DNA from: Eledone cirrhosa
Taxonomy: Eukaryota
Length of the DNA stretch: 64,000 nt
NCBI GenBank assembly: GCA_964016885.1
Contig: OZ024743.1
Location: 110,422,001 to 110,486,000 of the forward strand
Direction of reading: 5' to 3'
Made by a program: the position numbers and the translations under genes. Shown here one piece after another: positions 13,901 through 28,998 of this stretch. The stretch's first letter is position 1, and each line of letters begins with the position of its first letter. The notes under the pieces were generated by a model. The model saw nothing but the letters and a program-made list of their open reading frames with translations. It made no database searches and had not been told where the DNA came from.

Positions 13901-14828
13901 AGTTATGGGCCGGAAGTTGCCTATGTCATCCCCCTTATTCTCGTCATTCCTGACTAGTGTGACTATGCCCCTGGTCAAAGGACTGGGAATTCTCCCGTTC
14001 TGTTGCCAGTTGCAGTAGACCGCTTCCAGGAGACCGGAGAACAAGTCCGGCATTGGTACGTAAAATTCGTAGGGTAGACCGTCGAGACCTGGAGATTTGC
14101 GTTGGGCCGCATTGGCTCAGCGCGTCCCCTATCTCAGCGGCTGAAATTGGCTTTTCGCAGAACTTTGCCTCGCTGTCCGAGAGTCGCGGTATCTGTGGAG
14201 GTATGGACCGAAATCCATAGCCCCCCCCCCCCCCCCCGCGCCGCCCTGCCCGAACAGCTGAGCAAAGTGCCGCTGAAAGGCCGCACACATCTGCTTCGGC
14301 TCACGTATCACGCATCAGTTTTGGTCCTTCAAAGACCGAATCGTGGACTTGTTGCCACTTTTTGCCTCCGTCACTCGGGCCCAGCTAACAGCTTTGGCTC
14401 CCTCGTTTCCCAGAGCACGTATTTTGCTTCTGACAACGCAGCCATCATGCTTTGCGTCGAAGAACTGGTCCAAGGCCGTTCTCATTGCTAGCACGCTGGC
14501 TACGTTGCCACTTCTAATTGCCTCTTCTACTTTATCTACCAGTTCTTTCTCGGTTCTATTTCTATCTAACGCTAATTCTTTACTAAAAACTAACGAGTCT
14601 AATATAACTGCACTATAAAGAGAGTACTACCATCTGTTGTTGACAATGGCCCCTGTCAAGTAATGTTTAACTAATGTGCTAATCCGTCTACTGTAGGCTT
14701 TGCATGTCGGTAACGACAAGTTCAGCTTCCCGTAGCCTGGTCCTTGTCTATAGGTTCTATCAAGGTTTACCATGCAGATCACTAGTTTGTGATCTGAATA
14801 GGCAACCATGAACATTTGTGGACAGCAC
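10981..14828 (-). mobile_element. Tx1/L1-clade LINE, decayed and internally duplicated ORF2
   Basis: APE end motif YSDHKLV and GPGYGKLN; RT motifs KSPGLDGLPYEFY, NFRPITLLNTE, DHSKAFDRVDH; 3' end with AATAAA and (ATGT)n at ~11301-11320; multiple frameshifts. Confidence 0.9.
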
Positions 14829-14829
14829 A

Positions 14830-15200
14830 ACGGCTTTTTAACCTCTCTCTGTAAAACAATACATTTTTCTCAGTTATAAAGGTATATCTCTCTCTTTCTG
14901 TCACCCATCTCTCCTCCTATCTCAACCTTCCTTATTATACTCCTCCCCCTCCATGCTTTACACTCATCTCCTCCTCTTTTACATCCTTTCCAAACCATCC
15001 CTCATTTTTTTCCCAATATCACACATCAATCTTAAACTACTTTTCATATGTTGATTTAAAACTGCACTATTCACAAGTGTTTTTTAACCTTCACATTATG
15101 TCTCCATATTTTATCTGATGAAAACGCAAATGTCATCGCATGATGAAATGAGCATAATAAAATACATGGAACTCTTTTAACCATCTTTTGATCTTATATT
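14830..15200 (+). mobile_element. pLTR-like fragment (family R4) with hammerhead at 15108-15163
   Basis: Homologous to the reverse complement of 29915-30310; AUUUUAU-CUGAUGA-...-GAAA-UGAGCA-UA|AUAAAAU with one arm of helix II deleted. Confidence 0.7.
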
Positions 15201-15256
15201 ATTTATACTCCAGTCCTACAAACTGTAGAGAGCTACCTATCCGTTTTTCTGCATTG

Positions 15257-15307
<51 letters not shown>

Positions 15308-15308
15308 A

Positions 15309-15356
<48 letters not shown>

Positions 15357-16436
15357 ATAATAATAAAATTGAAGACTAAATTCCAAAGAGGGCTCGATAA
15401 GGAAAACATATATATCAAATATATAAGAACCGTAGTGCAAATATTTATTAAAATGACAGATTAAAGTTTAAGCAAAGAATCGCTGCTTTCACCCTTAACA
15501 GGATCTTCTGAAACTAACAAGGTCAATCTGTAAACGCAGAACTGGATATTTCAAAAAACGTTGCAACCGGAGGAAGACAGGAAGACGATACTTTGGTACG
15601 TGGGAACGTTCGCTGGCAAAGAATGGGAAAAAACGAATAATACCTCATTAATAGGAGCGGTAAAAAACAATTACGCGCAAAGACAGAACCACGTTTATGG
15701 TATAAAAGTGGTCGTAGACTGATGTTCCCTTAGGTGGTGCATAGAGACGTTCTCTGGCAATGAACGAAAAAACGAAGATAATAAGTCATATGTGGAACGT
15801 GGAGAACAAAATCACTCAAAGACAAAACCACGTAAATGGTATAGCAGAAGTCGTAGACTAAAATTCTAACTAGGAGACCAAATGAATCTCCGCTACAGAG
15901 TTAAGAACAAAGTAAATAAATACAATACAGAGGTAATAGAAACAAATAAATACATACACTCAAACAGATGCGTACATACACAAGCATACGCAAAAGCTTA
16001 CCATAGGTATACAAAACCACGCACATATAAATATGTGTGTGTGTATGCTTGTGTACAAATAAATAATTATATAAACGTATATAAGTAAATAAATACGTAT
16101 ATAACAAGCGCGCACACATACCTACAAATAACTACACGAATGTTCGGAGACGTAAGTCAACTAAAACAAGAAGTACACATATACACACACCCACCATACG
16201 TACGAACCTGCATACTCACGCAGACGCAAAACTCCCGTATACATATAGCCAAACCCTAAATACCAGAATATGTAAAAATTATACGCCAACTAGTCAAATA
16301 TACGTACGAGAAGGTATACATACCTTCACAAGACATACGGGTAATATATACTTACCTATGCAAATAAGTAAAGGAATAAACAAAACATATACTTAGCTCC
16401 CACATCAAGACGTAAAATATCCACGTATAGATCGTG

Positions 16437-18566
16437 CTATCCGTTAGGGTATAACGTGGGGCTGTAATACAGGAAAATTTTGTGCAATTTATGTTTACAA
16501 GCCGAAATTGCCTCAGATTTTTTTTATTAGATGTGGTCTGTGGCGTAGAGTATTTCCAGGGCCTCAGCGGCGCAGAGGTCACATGGTCTTTTATTTCCGT
16601 TATACGATCTAGCTCTATCTAGGATCTCCCAGTGTAACTTATATTGGGTGTGGTTGTCTTTTAGACTCCAGATATAAGCTGAAAGTGACGTCATATTCCT
16701 TCTTAGAGGGTAACGAAAAGAATGGGTATGCATGTAAAGACGCTGCTTGAAACTATTGGCGGTTAACCCTATGTAGGCCCTACGGGACGTGGGTGTTACA
16801 ACCTTACATTTGTAGACAATGTTACTAGAGAGGCATTTCCCGGATAGGGGGCAATCAGCTCGATTCCTACAATTACAGTTAGTACTTACTACAGGGTTGC
16901 ACGTGTTCCTACGGCTAGGTAGTTTAGCTAAATTTGAAGCTGTGATGTTATGTGCAAGGTTAGGAGTCGTAGAGTAAGACATTTTAATAGTATTTCTATT
17001 AAAAATTTTACTATATTTATGTGTAGGGGGAAAATGCTTCGTAATAAGGGAAAGAAAGATCTTAGCTAATGGTGTGGCCACCTCCATATTATATGGTGGG
17101 TTAAACCAACAAATGCGACGGGATCTATTTCTTCTAGGTCTATTTTCGTACTCGGTATATGCTACCTTATCGACAAATCCACTTCGAGCAAGAGCTTCAT
17201 TGTGATAAGTGGAATGGTCGTTGAAAATGCGCTCGCTGGTGGAAAGACGGGAAAGCCTCAACGAAACGTTTTTTACCAGGTTCTTGGTTATGCTGGCAGG
17301 GTGGTTGGAATGCTTACTTATGTAATTAAGCGTATCATTCGGCTTTCTATACGGGTAATGCAAGCCATTCAATAAATTGAGGGTAACGTCGAGGTAATTA
17401 ACGAACGAGAGATTGGCCTCAACCTGTATAGAGAGGGTGAAGCCTTTAAAGAAGTCTGTGAGTTCTTTTCTCAACCTGTCGCAAGCACGAGGTCCGCACT
17501 TAGTCATGGTCAAAAGACCATCGTCACGGTACAAACCACCGCCCGCGTCGGGGAATTCGTCCTTGATAGAGAAAAGAAGGAAAAGGCCAATAAGATCAGT
17601 AACCTCCGCAGAGTCACTGGCGCCCATACTCACGTCGAATGGGGTACTATTGGATTTTTTAATCCAAATAGAGTCGTCGAAATTAATCACCGACTTTCGG
17701 GCATTAAGGATGACATCAACTTCGAAATCCTTAACCACTGTGAGTGTTTTAGCGAAATTGATAGCTCTAAGGAGAAGTGGTAAAGTGATGGAGGAGTAGT
17801 AATTGTTGATGTCGAATTGGATGAAACGGCAATGCTCCTTGTTACATATGCCGTTGAACCAATCAATCACCGAGAAAGAATTGTTCCACAGTGCGAGAGG
17901 GGCCAAACTTCTAATTTCAGGTATAATTCTATCAAGAATCGTTTTACTAAGTCTACCTAAATCGGACTTCGTAGGGTTAATAAGCCGAATAGTGGGGTTG
18001 TTCGGAAAATTGGATTTGTGATCCTTCAGGGTAAAGTGGGGAGAGATAGGTTCCAGAGGTTCGGTCCGGTCCAGGATGTTGAGATCAGATGTGATTTTAA
18101 ACCCTGCATCGTTGATTTCATTGATGACACACCGATTAGTTTTACGGTAATCCTTAGTTACAGCATTATGTAGTAGTTGATGGGAAGTACTGCGCTCCAC
18201 TTGATATAGGTTGCCAGTTTTGTCGGAATGGACGTGCACGGCGTTAGAATCCTTAATAGAACGAATTCTATTCTTCAGGTTTTGCTGGAAGGAATTGCTC
18301 CTATTCCGAAATTTGATAATCCGAATGAGTTCCAAGACATCATTTTCGAAGGATAAGAATGCTGGGTTCCACGGAGGGTTATTATAGGTTTTAAATCCGA
18401 ATTTATCCTGTTTGTTGTCTGCTTTTCGCGGATTATCGAAATAAAAGGCACGCCAACGCAACTTCTTAATGAACGCGTCTATTTTCTGTATCAGGAGTTT
18501 TAGGTATGTTTTCCTGCTTGGTACGGTTATGTTCTTTGTAGAAATATTCAGATATTGTTTCTGCGT
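16437..18566 (-). pseudogene. PLE RT-GIY-YIG polyprotein (~709 aa consensus), inactivated
   Basis: RT motifs QFDINNYY, MGASDS, LYRDDG, NYLDVTL; CNC..C..C linker; GIY-YIG as IVY...YIG. Start codon reads ACG (18566) and TAA TAA at ~16524-16529 removes the last ~30 aa. Confidence 0.93.
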
Positions 18567-19635
18567 GATGAATATAAGACAGTAGAGTGCTCAACCGAAG
18601 GAGCCAAGTAGTAATAATAATAAAATTGAAGACTAAAATCCAAAGAGGGCTCGATAAGGAAAATATATATCAAATATATAAGAACCGTAGAGCAAATATT
18701 TATTAAAATAACAGATTAAAGTTTAAGCAAAGAATCGCTGCTTTCACCTTTAACGGGATCTTCTGAAATTAACAAAGTCAATCTGTAAACGCAGAACTGG
18801 ATATTTCAAAAAACGTTGCAACCGGAGAAAGACAGGAAGACGATACTTTGGTACGTGGGAACGTTCGCTGGCAAAGAATGGGAAAAAACGAATAATACGT
18901 CATTAATAGGAGCGGTGAAAAATAATTACGCGCAAAGCCAGAACCACGTTTATGGTATAAAATAGGTCGTAGACTGATGTTCTCTTAGGTGGTGCATAGA
19001 GACGTTCTCTGGCAATGAACGAAAAAACGAAGATAATAAGTCATATGTGGAACGTGGAGAACAATAGCACTCAAAGACAAAACCACGTAAATGGTATGGC
19101 AGAAGTCGTAGACTAAAATTCTAACTAGGAGACCAAATGAATCTCCGCTACAGAGTTAAGAACAAAGTAAATAAATACAATACAGAGGTAATAGAAACAA
19201 ATAAATACATACACTCAAACAGATACGTACATACACAATCATACGCAAAACCTTACCATAGGTATACAAAACCACGCACATATAAATATGTGTGTGTAGA
19301 TATAAATATGTGTATAAATGTGTGTGTAGATATAAATATGCACATATAAATATGTGTATAAATATAGGAGTCGTAGAGTAAGAAATTTTAATAGTATTTC
19401 TATTAAAAATTTTACTATATTTACTATATAATGCTTCGTAATAATTGAAAGAAAGATCTTAGCTAATGTTGTGGGCACCTCCATTTTATATGGTGGGTTA
19501 AACCAACAAATGCGACGGGATCTATTTCTTCTAGGTCTATTTTCGTACTCTGTATATGCTACCTTATCGACAAATCCACTTCGAGGAGCAAGAGCTTCAT
19601 TGTAATAAGTGGAATGGTCGTTGAAAATGCGCTCG

Positions 19636-20240
19636 ACGAAGCATTTTCCCCCTACACATAAATATAGTAAAATTTTTATTAGAAATACTATTAACATTTC
19701 TTACTCTACGACTCCTAACCTTGCACATAACATCACAGCTTCAAATTTAGCTAAACTACCTAGCCGTAGGAACACGTGCATCCCTGTAATTAGTACTAAC
19801 TGTAATTGTAGGAATCGAGCTGATTGCCCCCTATCCGGGAAATGCCTCTCTAGTAACATTGTCTACAAATGTAAGGTTGTAACACCCACGTCCCGCAGGG
19901 CCTACATAGGGTTAACCGCCAATAGTTTCAAGCAGCGTCTTTACATGCATACCCATTCTTTTCGTTACCCTCTAAGAAGGAATATGACGTCACTTTCAGC
20001 TTATATCTGGAGTCTAAAAGACAACCACACCCAATATAAGTTACACTGGGAGATCCTAGATAGAGCTAGATCGTATAACGGAAATAAAAGACCATGTGAC
20101 CTCTGCGCTGCTGAGGCCCTGGAAATACTCTACGCCACAGACCACATCTAATAAAAAAAATCTGAGGCAATTTCGGCTTGTAAACATAAATTGCACAAAA
20201 CTTTCCTGTATTACAGCCCCACGTTATACCCTAACGGATA
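19636..20240 (+). pseudogene. Inverted duplicate of the PLE C-terminal GIY-YIG region
   Basis: Near-identical to the end of the locus A ORF, including the same TAA TAA lesion at ~20149-20154. Confidence 0.9.
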
Positions 20241-21195
20241 GCACGATCTATACGTGGATATTTTACGTCTTGATGTGGGAGCTAAGTATATGTTTTGTTT
20301 ATTCTTTTACTTATTTGCATAGATAAGTATATATTACCCGTATGTCTTGTGAATGTATGTAAACCTTCTCGTACGTATATTTGACTGGTTGGCGTATAAT
20401 TTTTACATATTCTGGTATTTATGGTTTGGCTATATGTATACGGGAGTTTTGCGTCTGCGTGAGTATGCAGGTTCGTACGTATGGTGGGTGTGTGTATATG
20501 CGTACTTCTTGTTTTAGTTGACTTACGTCTCCGAACATTCGTGTATTTATTTGTAGGTATGTGTGCGCGCTTGTTATATACGCATTTATTTACTTATATA
20601 CGTTTATATAATTATTTATGTACTTTTACACAAGCATACACACACACGTATTTATATGTGCGTGGTTTTGTATACCTATGGTAAGGTTTTGCGTATGCTT
20701 GTGTATGTACGTATCTGTTTGAGTATATGTATTTATTTGTTTCTATTACCTCTGTATTTATTTACTTTGTTCTTAACTCTGTAGCGGAGATTCATTTTGT
20801 CTCCTAGTTAGAATTTTAGTCTACGACTTCTGCTATACCATTTACGTGGTTTTGTCTTTGTGTGCTATTGTTCTCCACGTTCCACATATGACTTATTATC
20901 TTCGTTTTTTCGTTCATTGCCAGAGAACGTCTCTATGCACCACCTAAGAGAACATCAGTCTACGACCTCTTTTATACCATAAACGTGGTTCTGTCTTTGC
21001 GCGTAATAATGACGTATTATTCGTTTTTTCCCATTCTTTGCCACGTACCAAAGTATCGTCTTCCTGTCTTCCTCCGGTTGCAACGTTTTTTGAAATATCC
21101 AGTTATGCGTTTACAGATTGACTTTGTTAGTTTCAGAAGATCCCGTTAAGGGTGAAAGCAGCGATTCTTTGCTTAAACTTTAATCTGTTATTTTA

Positions 21196-21249
<54 letters not shown>

Positions 21250-21255
<6 letters not shown>

Positions 21256-22436
21256 AGGGATATATGTATATAATTAGACATAGTCACAGATACATATATG
21301 AGTTTGGCTACCTTTTACGGTGTGGCTCAATGAAGTATTAATTAAGGAAATAATGATTAATCAGAGCTATATATAAAATTGCAGGTTTGAAGAATTATTA
21401 GATAAAATATATACAGTATTTCCTCTCCCTAGTCCGTAGAAATCAACCATCAACCTCATAAATAGTCATTTAAACGACGCTATAATTTTAAAATGTAACT
21501 ATAGAGAAAGAATAGACAAATGATACAGACTATCTTCCGCGATGGTCAGCCAGATAGAATTTACCTAGTCATTCCTTTTAGCCTGTAGAAATTGACCAGA
21601 CAAATAATCAACTACACAGCGTTACATATAAAATAGAAGTTTGAAGAGAATATGCATATAAACTTTACCCACATTCCTTTAGTATCGACTGCCGGTAGTT
21701 TCGTTCCTTTTCTGTGGATATAGCCCGATCTTGGATCTACCCACGATTTTTGGAATTCATCAAGAGATGCTTCGAGTCTGGACTACAGTTTCTGCCGTGT
21801 ACCCGCCAGAAATGAATTCAAAAATGGCTAACAACTATCACGTGGCTAGCGGTCAAGGAAGAAACTTGTGATTGGTTGCCAGTCGGCTGGTAGGCTGCTT
21901 GCTAGAAAGCGCAACCAGATACTGCCTAAAGTTGGCAACCAATCACAAATGTCTGCCTTAACCGCTAGCCACATGATAGTTCTCTGCCATTTTTAATTCA
22001 CTTCTGGAGGGGATCACGGCGGAAATTTTAGTCCAGACTCGAGGCGTCTCTTGATAAGTTCCAAGACTCGTGGATAGATCCAAGATCGAGTATATCTACA
22101 GAAAAGTAAGGAAACTACCCGTAGACGAAACTAAAGGAATTTTGGTAAAGTTTATATGCATTTTTCTTCAAACTTCTATTTTATAACTAACGCCGTATAG
22201 TTGATTATTTGTCTAGTCAATTTCTAAAGGCTAAAAGGAATGACTGGGTACATTTTATCTGGCTGACCATCGCGGAAGATAGTCTGTATCATTTGTCTAT
22301 TATTTCTCAATAGTTACATTTTAAACATATAACCTCGTTTAAATGATTATTTATGTGGTTGATTCATACGGATTAGGGAGAGGAAATACTGTATATATGT
22401 TATCTAATAATTCTTCAAACTTGCAATTTTATATAT
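21250..22436. mobile_element. R1-related monomer (minus, 21250-21932) plus diverged inverted arm (21933-22436)
   Basis: Arms 21368-21881 and 21933-22436 with a 51-nt spacer; decayed hammerhead UUGAUGA-AUUCC..GGAAC-GAAA-CUACCGGCAG-UC on minus at ~21683-21768. Confidence 0.75.
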
Positions 22437-22539
22437 ATATATATATATATATGAATCCTCTTTGGATTTTAGTCTTCAAATTTATTATTATTACTATATA
22501 TATATATATAGTTAGAGAGGGAGATCAGAGAGAGAGAGA

Positions 22540-22625
22540 GAGAGACAAAGGGAGAGACAGATTCTTACATAAATACATAAATACTTACATAAATAGGAAA
22601 CTGCGTAACCAGATGAACATATACA

Positions 22626-22689
<64 letters not shown>

Positions 22690-23075
22690 AGCAAATTATA
22701 AACATAAACATGTAAGTATGTTTTTGAAACGGTGCGCGAGTTTGAAATTAGAAATTAGAAATTATAAGCTTTCATCGTATTCTAGACTAAAGAAATTTCT
22801 TGCCTGATAGTGGGGTTTATAACCCTCGGAAAAATGGAAAAAAGATGATTTATACTTTGGGAGGGTCATGTTGCCAATAAGAAACATGACCCTCTCAAAG
22901 TATAACAATATCGGTTTCAACACATGTTTTCAGGTAAAGAATCTTGCTAAACAAATTCAGAAACGAAATATATATATATATATATATGTTCATCTGGTTA
23001 CGCAGCTTTCTATTTATGTAGGTATTTATGTATTTATGTAAGAATCTCTCTCTCTCACCCCTTCTCTCTCTCTGT
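22540..23075. repeat. Nested inverted repeats around a hairpin element
   Basis: 22540-22622 is the reverse complement of 22983-23075; internal hairpin TTATACTTTGGGAGGGTCATGTT / AACATGACCCTCTCAAAGTATAA at ~22850-22905. Confidence 0.7.
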
Positions 23076-23599
23076 AGATGATTACTCAGAATTACGAATA
23101 ATCATTTCTGAATGTTTACATTTTTATATGAATAGGTTCTCATGTGTATGTGTAAGCTGAACGTATGTGTTTGCGTGCGTGTGTATGTGTGTCGCCACTT
23201 AATATATCTACGCTTATACACCATTGATATATGTAAGATCTAAAAGATCAAGAAAGGGAAAAACATGACCTTATCATTTCGAAGTGTAACGGAAAACATG
23301 ACTACTACAAAAAAAAAACAAAAAAAAAAAACAACCCTATTTTCACGTCATTTGATAAGTAAGGGAAATAAATGTGTACGCAATAATCATTGCTGACATT
23401 AAAGAAATAATTTTCCCAGGAATATATATCGATGCCTTTACCAATTAGGGCTCTAGATAAATAACAAGACAATATATATCTCAGTAGTCACATAAAGTTA
23501 GAGAAAGAGATATATAACTGCGTGTGTGAGTGAGTGAGCGTGTGTGAGCATGTTTTTTGCGTATGTGCCTGTGTTGCTATTTCTATGCATATATATATA

Positions 23600-23756
<157 letters not shown>

Positions 23757-23868
23757 TTATATATATATTATATATACATATATATACATATATATATATA
23801 TAAATATATATATATATACATATACATATATATATATATTTATATATATATATTATATATACATATAT

Positions 23869-23926
<58 letters not shown>

Positions 23927-24308
23927 ATCATGGTCTTTAAAATGCGGAAATAAATATATCTGATGTGTATAGCGTCATAATTTCAAATGATGTGGGGGTA
24001 AAGTACAGAAAAATATATATAATACATGCATTTATGTCTAAACAAGCGGGATAGCGGTGAATGTCATGTGTTAATTTCTACTTTCAGAAGTGGAAGGATT
24101 GAATTTAAAAAAAATAGGAAAATACAGTTATAATTAAACGAAAACGGAAATATTTGACATATGTACAACCGCTTCCATGTGTACTTCACTAAAAACCTCC
24201 GTTTCTTGTATTATTGCATGTAACAACATAATGCGCGTGCACGTTTACTGTCGCTAGAACAAGATTTTTTGAAATCTTCAAATTTATCTCTCTATTTCTG
24301 TCACTTTC

Positions 24309-24379
<71 letters not shown>

Positions 24380-24504
24380 TTCCCCTCTCAGTCTCTCTTT
24401 ATATATCTATATTATTACATATATATATATATATCCCGTTAAGGGTGACAGCAGCGATTCTTTGCTTAAACATTAATCTCATATTTAATAAATATGTATA
24501 TATA

Positions 24505-24972
24505 TATAAAAGTGAAAACACAGGTAAGCATTAAGAGAAGTATTTTATCGAGGTTTTTACGACCGTTTCATTGGTAAGTGCAACCTTATATTGCTATACT
24601 GCAAATAGCAGCCACTCAATTATAATTGTTATTCACAATCCAAATTTTCAAAATAGTGAGTAAGTTACTCTTGAAATAATTCTTAATATATAGAGAAAAA
24701 CATTTATTTGGAATTGTATTTACTAGTATAGAGAGAGAGGAATCAGAAGGTGAGGGGACAAACGGAATAGTATAGAGAGAGGGGAAGGGGGAAGAGGTAG
24801 GAAGTAGAATGACAAACTGAGATGGGGGGAGGGGTAGAAGTGGAAGGATTATTTGGTCAGTTTTGATAGTAGACTTCATGTCGTGGAATGTAGTGAGTTA
24901 AAGAGAATTAAATTGATCATAGTGGGAGGGATGGATAGAGAGAGAGAGGGGGGGTGGGATATAAAGAGATAA

Positions 24973-25018
<46 letters not shown>

Positions 25019-26510
25019 AAGATAAAGATTATAATGACAAAAATAAAAGCAAAGAAGGGGTGAGAAAGAAGAAAAGAAGAAAAGAAAAGATAGCCAAGAA
25101 GAGGAGGGAAGGAAGGAAGAAAACGAAGAAATAGAAGAGGAATGAGGGAGAAGAGGGGGATATAAATATTGGTTTTGTGGGTAATTAAAAGTGTTTAGAT
25201 ACAGTCTAAGTCGATGCAGTTTGTCAGTTGGTAGTAAGAGGTTAAGGGTACGATTTGTAGTGCGAAAACTTCTCTTTGAGTCTATGGTTACAATAAATTG
25301 ATCTTTCGATTATATTGTTGAGTAACTTATTCTTCGAACTCAAGATGTGGAACAGCTCAAGGTCGCATAATCGACAGCTTCTCATACCACTCCGATATGG
25401 GGGCGCGTTCGATAATTTTTTCCACTTCAGGGTGTAATGATGGTTACTTTCCCTCAGTTGCCAGGTCTTGTTTGCAAGGGTAGTTACATAACGATGCTGG
25501 GAATGTTTCATTGCGTAACGGTGTGTATACCAACGGGCTTTAAATGTATTCCCAGTCGCTCCGATGTAATACCATTTCTGTTTGTCTGATTCCACTGTGC
25601 ATTGGTAAACCAGGTTAGACTGCATACATTCATTATGTAATGGACAGGTTCTAGGTAGGTGGCAGTTACAATTCTTGTAATGGGCAACTTTGGCATTATT
25701 GGTGGGCTGCGATGCCAGTGCAAGTGTGTTACGTTTTGTTTGCCTATTAGATATTCTGTTGTGTTCGGTGGTGATTGTATTGTTATTGTTGTAAATTTGC
25801 GTTTTTGGTCTTGTTATGTATCTTTTTAGCGTTAAGCATCCTAATGTGTGCCTCTATATTTGATGCCGTGGAGTAAGATAGTCTAATAGATTTAGTGGTA
25901 AGGATTTTGCTGTATCTATGTGAATCTGGAAAGTGCTTATTTATTATCCTAAAGAAGGTAGAGGGTAGGTTAGTAATAATAGAGGTGTTAAATATGGGGT
26001 TATACCAAATATATTTTCTAATGCGTGACTTGTTTGATTTCGATGTTGTATTTCTATTTCCCGTATAATTTGCAGTTCTATGCGTAAGTGAGTGTGTGCG
26101 TGTGTTACCGGAGTTTGTGTTAAGCGTGTTCGTGTGCGGCTTGCGGAGGCTTTCATCTATATATTCTACTCTATCTAAGTATCCTGCCTTGTCTAATGCG
26201 GTATTGTAGTATTCTGCATATTCTTCGAATATTTGTCGGTTAGACGAGAGGCGGGAGATCCTAAGGTATATGCTGCGTGGAATGGATTTAATTATCGATA
26301 GCGAGTGATTTGAGTTACAGTTGATGTATGCTAAGTTTTCATTAATCTTGTGAAAAGGTCTTATAAGTCCCGTATTTAGGTTAAGCGTCGCGTCTAGAAA
26401 GTTAACTGTTTTAGTGCTATACTCATACGTTATGCTAAGGTCTAGTTTTCCGAGAGTCTTTCTAATATTCTTTAGTCTTTATATGCTCTGGTTATGTAGG
26501 TTCTTAAATA
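24505..26510 (-). mobile_element. Second, decayed, 5'-truncated Penelope-like family
   Basis: RT end VNFLDATLNL...NSNHS..IIKSIP (~26170-26450); GIY-YIG LVYQC...YIGATGNTFKARW...CRLC...LLN (25242-25625); hammerhead remnant GAAA-CGGUCG-UA near 24560. Confidence 0.85.
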
Positions 26511-26584
26511 GGAGAAACCATCCATGAAACTGGCTATCTTAACCAAGAACTGGATCACAATAAGCAATGTTTTGCTTCTCTAAC

Positions 26585-26624
<40 letters not shown>

Positions 26625-26668
26625 AATATATATATACATAAATATATATATATACATACATATATATA

Positions 26669-26714
<46 letters not shown>

Positions 26715-26740
26715 TATATATATGTATGTATATATATATT

Positions 26741-26802
<62 letters not shown>

Positions 26803-26805
26803 TTA

Positions 26806-26837
<32 letters not shown>

Positions 26838-26844
26838 CATATAT

Positions 26845-28475
<1,631 letters not shown>

Positions 28476-28958
28476 TATATATGTATTTACATACATGTAT
28501 ATTTACATATGTATATATATATATATTTACATACATATATTTACATATATATATTTACATATATATATATTTACATATATATATTTATTTATATATGAAT
28601 ATAGTTAATGCATATATGCTACACAGTTTGATGGTTACCATCTGTTGAGTAGAGATCTAAACGACGCCAATGATCTGATCCCTAATCAAATCTCTGCATA
28701 TGTAGAGGATAATTACTTTTGCAATTACCTCATGATGAACATAGAAATGTGCCCTAATTGGAAATTGCTTAAGTAAGAACGTTGATGTAATTTAGTAAAA
28801 CCTTCTCTACAAATGATTAAAGAAGAAATAATGTCATGTCATTTGGTATGGAAAAAAGTTTCACATAGATCCAAATTACTTTACTGAAAGTAATATCATT
28901 TTCATGACTGTAATTTCTTTTAGAAATATATACGCAGGGACACACGTATACAGGCACA

Positions 28959-28998
<40 letters not shown>

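Larger units (their letters stand above)
15352..21200 (-). mobile_element. Penelope-like element, locus A (partial tandem plus inverted 3' arm)
   Basis: Minus copy 15352-18605 with upstream pLTR 18606-19360 and internal piece 19367-19633; inverted plus-strand arm 19636-21200; both ends abut (TA)n. Confidence 0.95.

Noticed and set aside
17413-18021. Antisense ORFs inside the PLE (also 38347-38955)
   Set aside because: Shared only because the copies are near-identical; no recognisable domain
16437-18566. Naiad-type selenoprotein PLE
   Set aside because: The endonuclease is C-terminal and the stops are TAA or TAG, not TGA at cysteine positions
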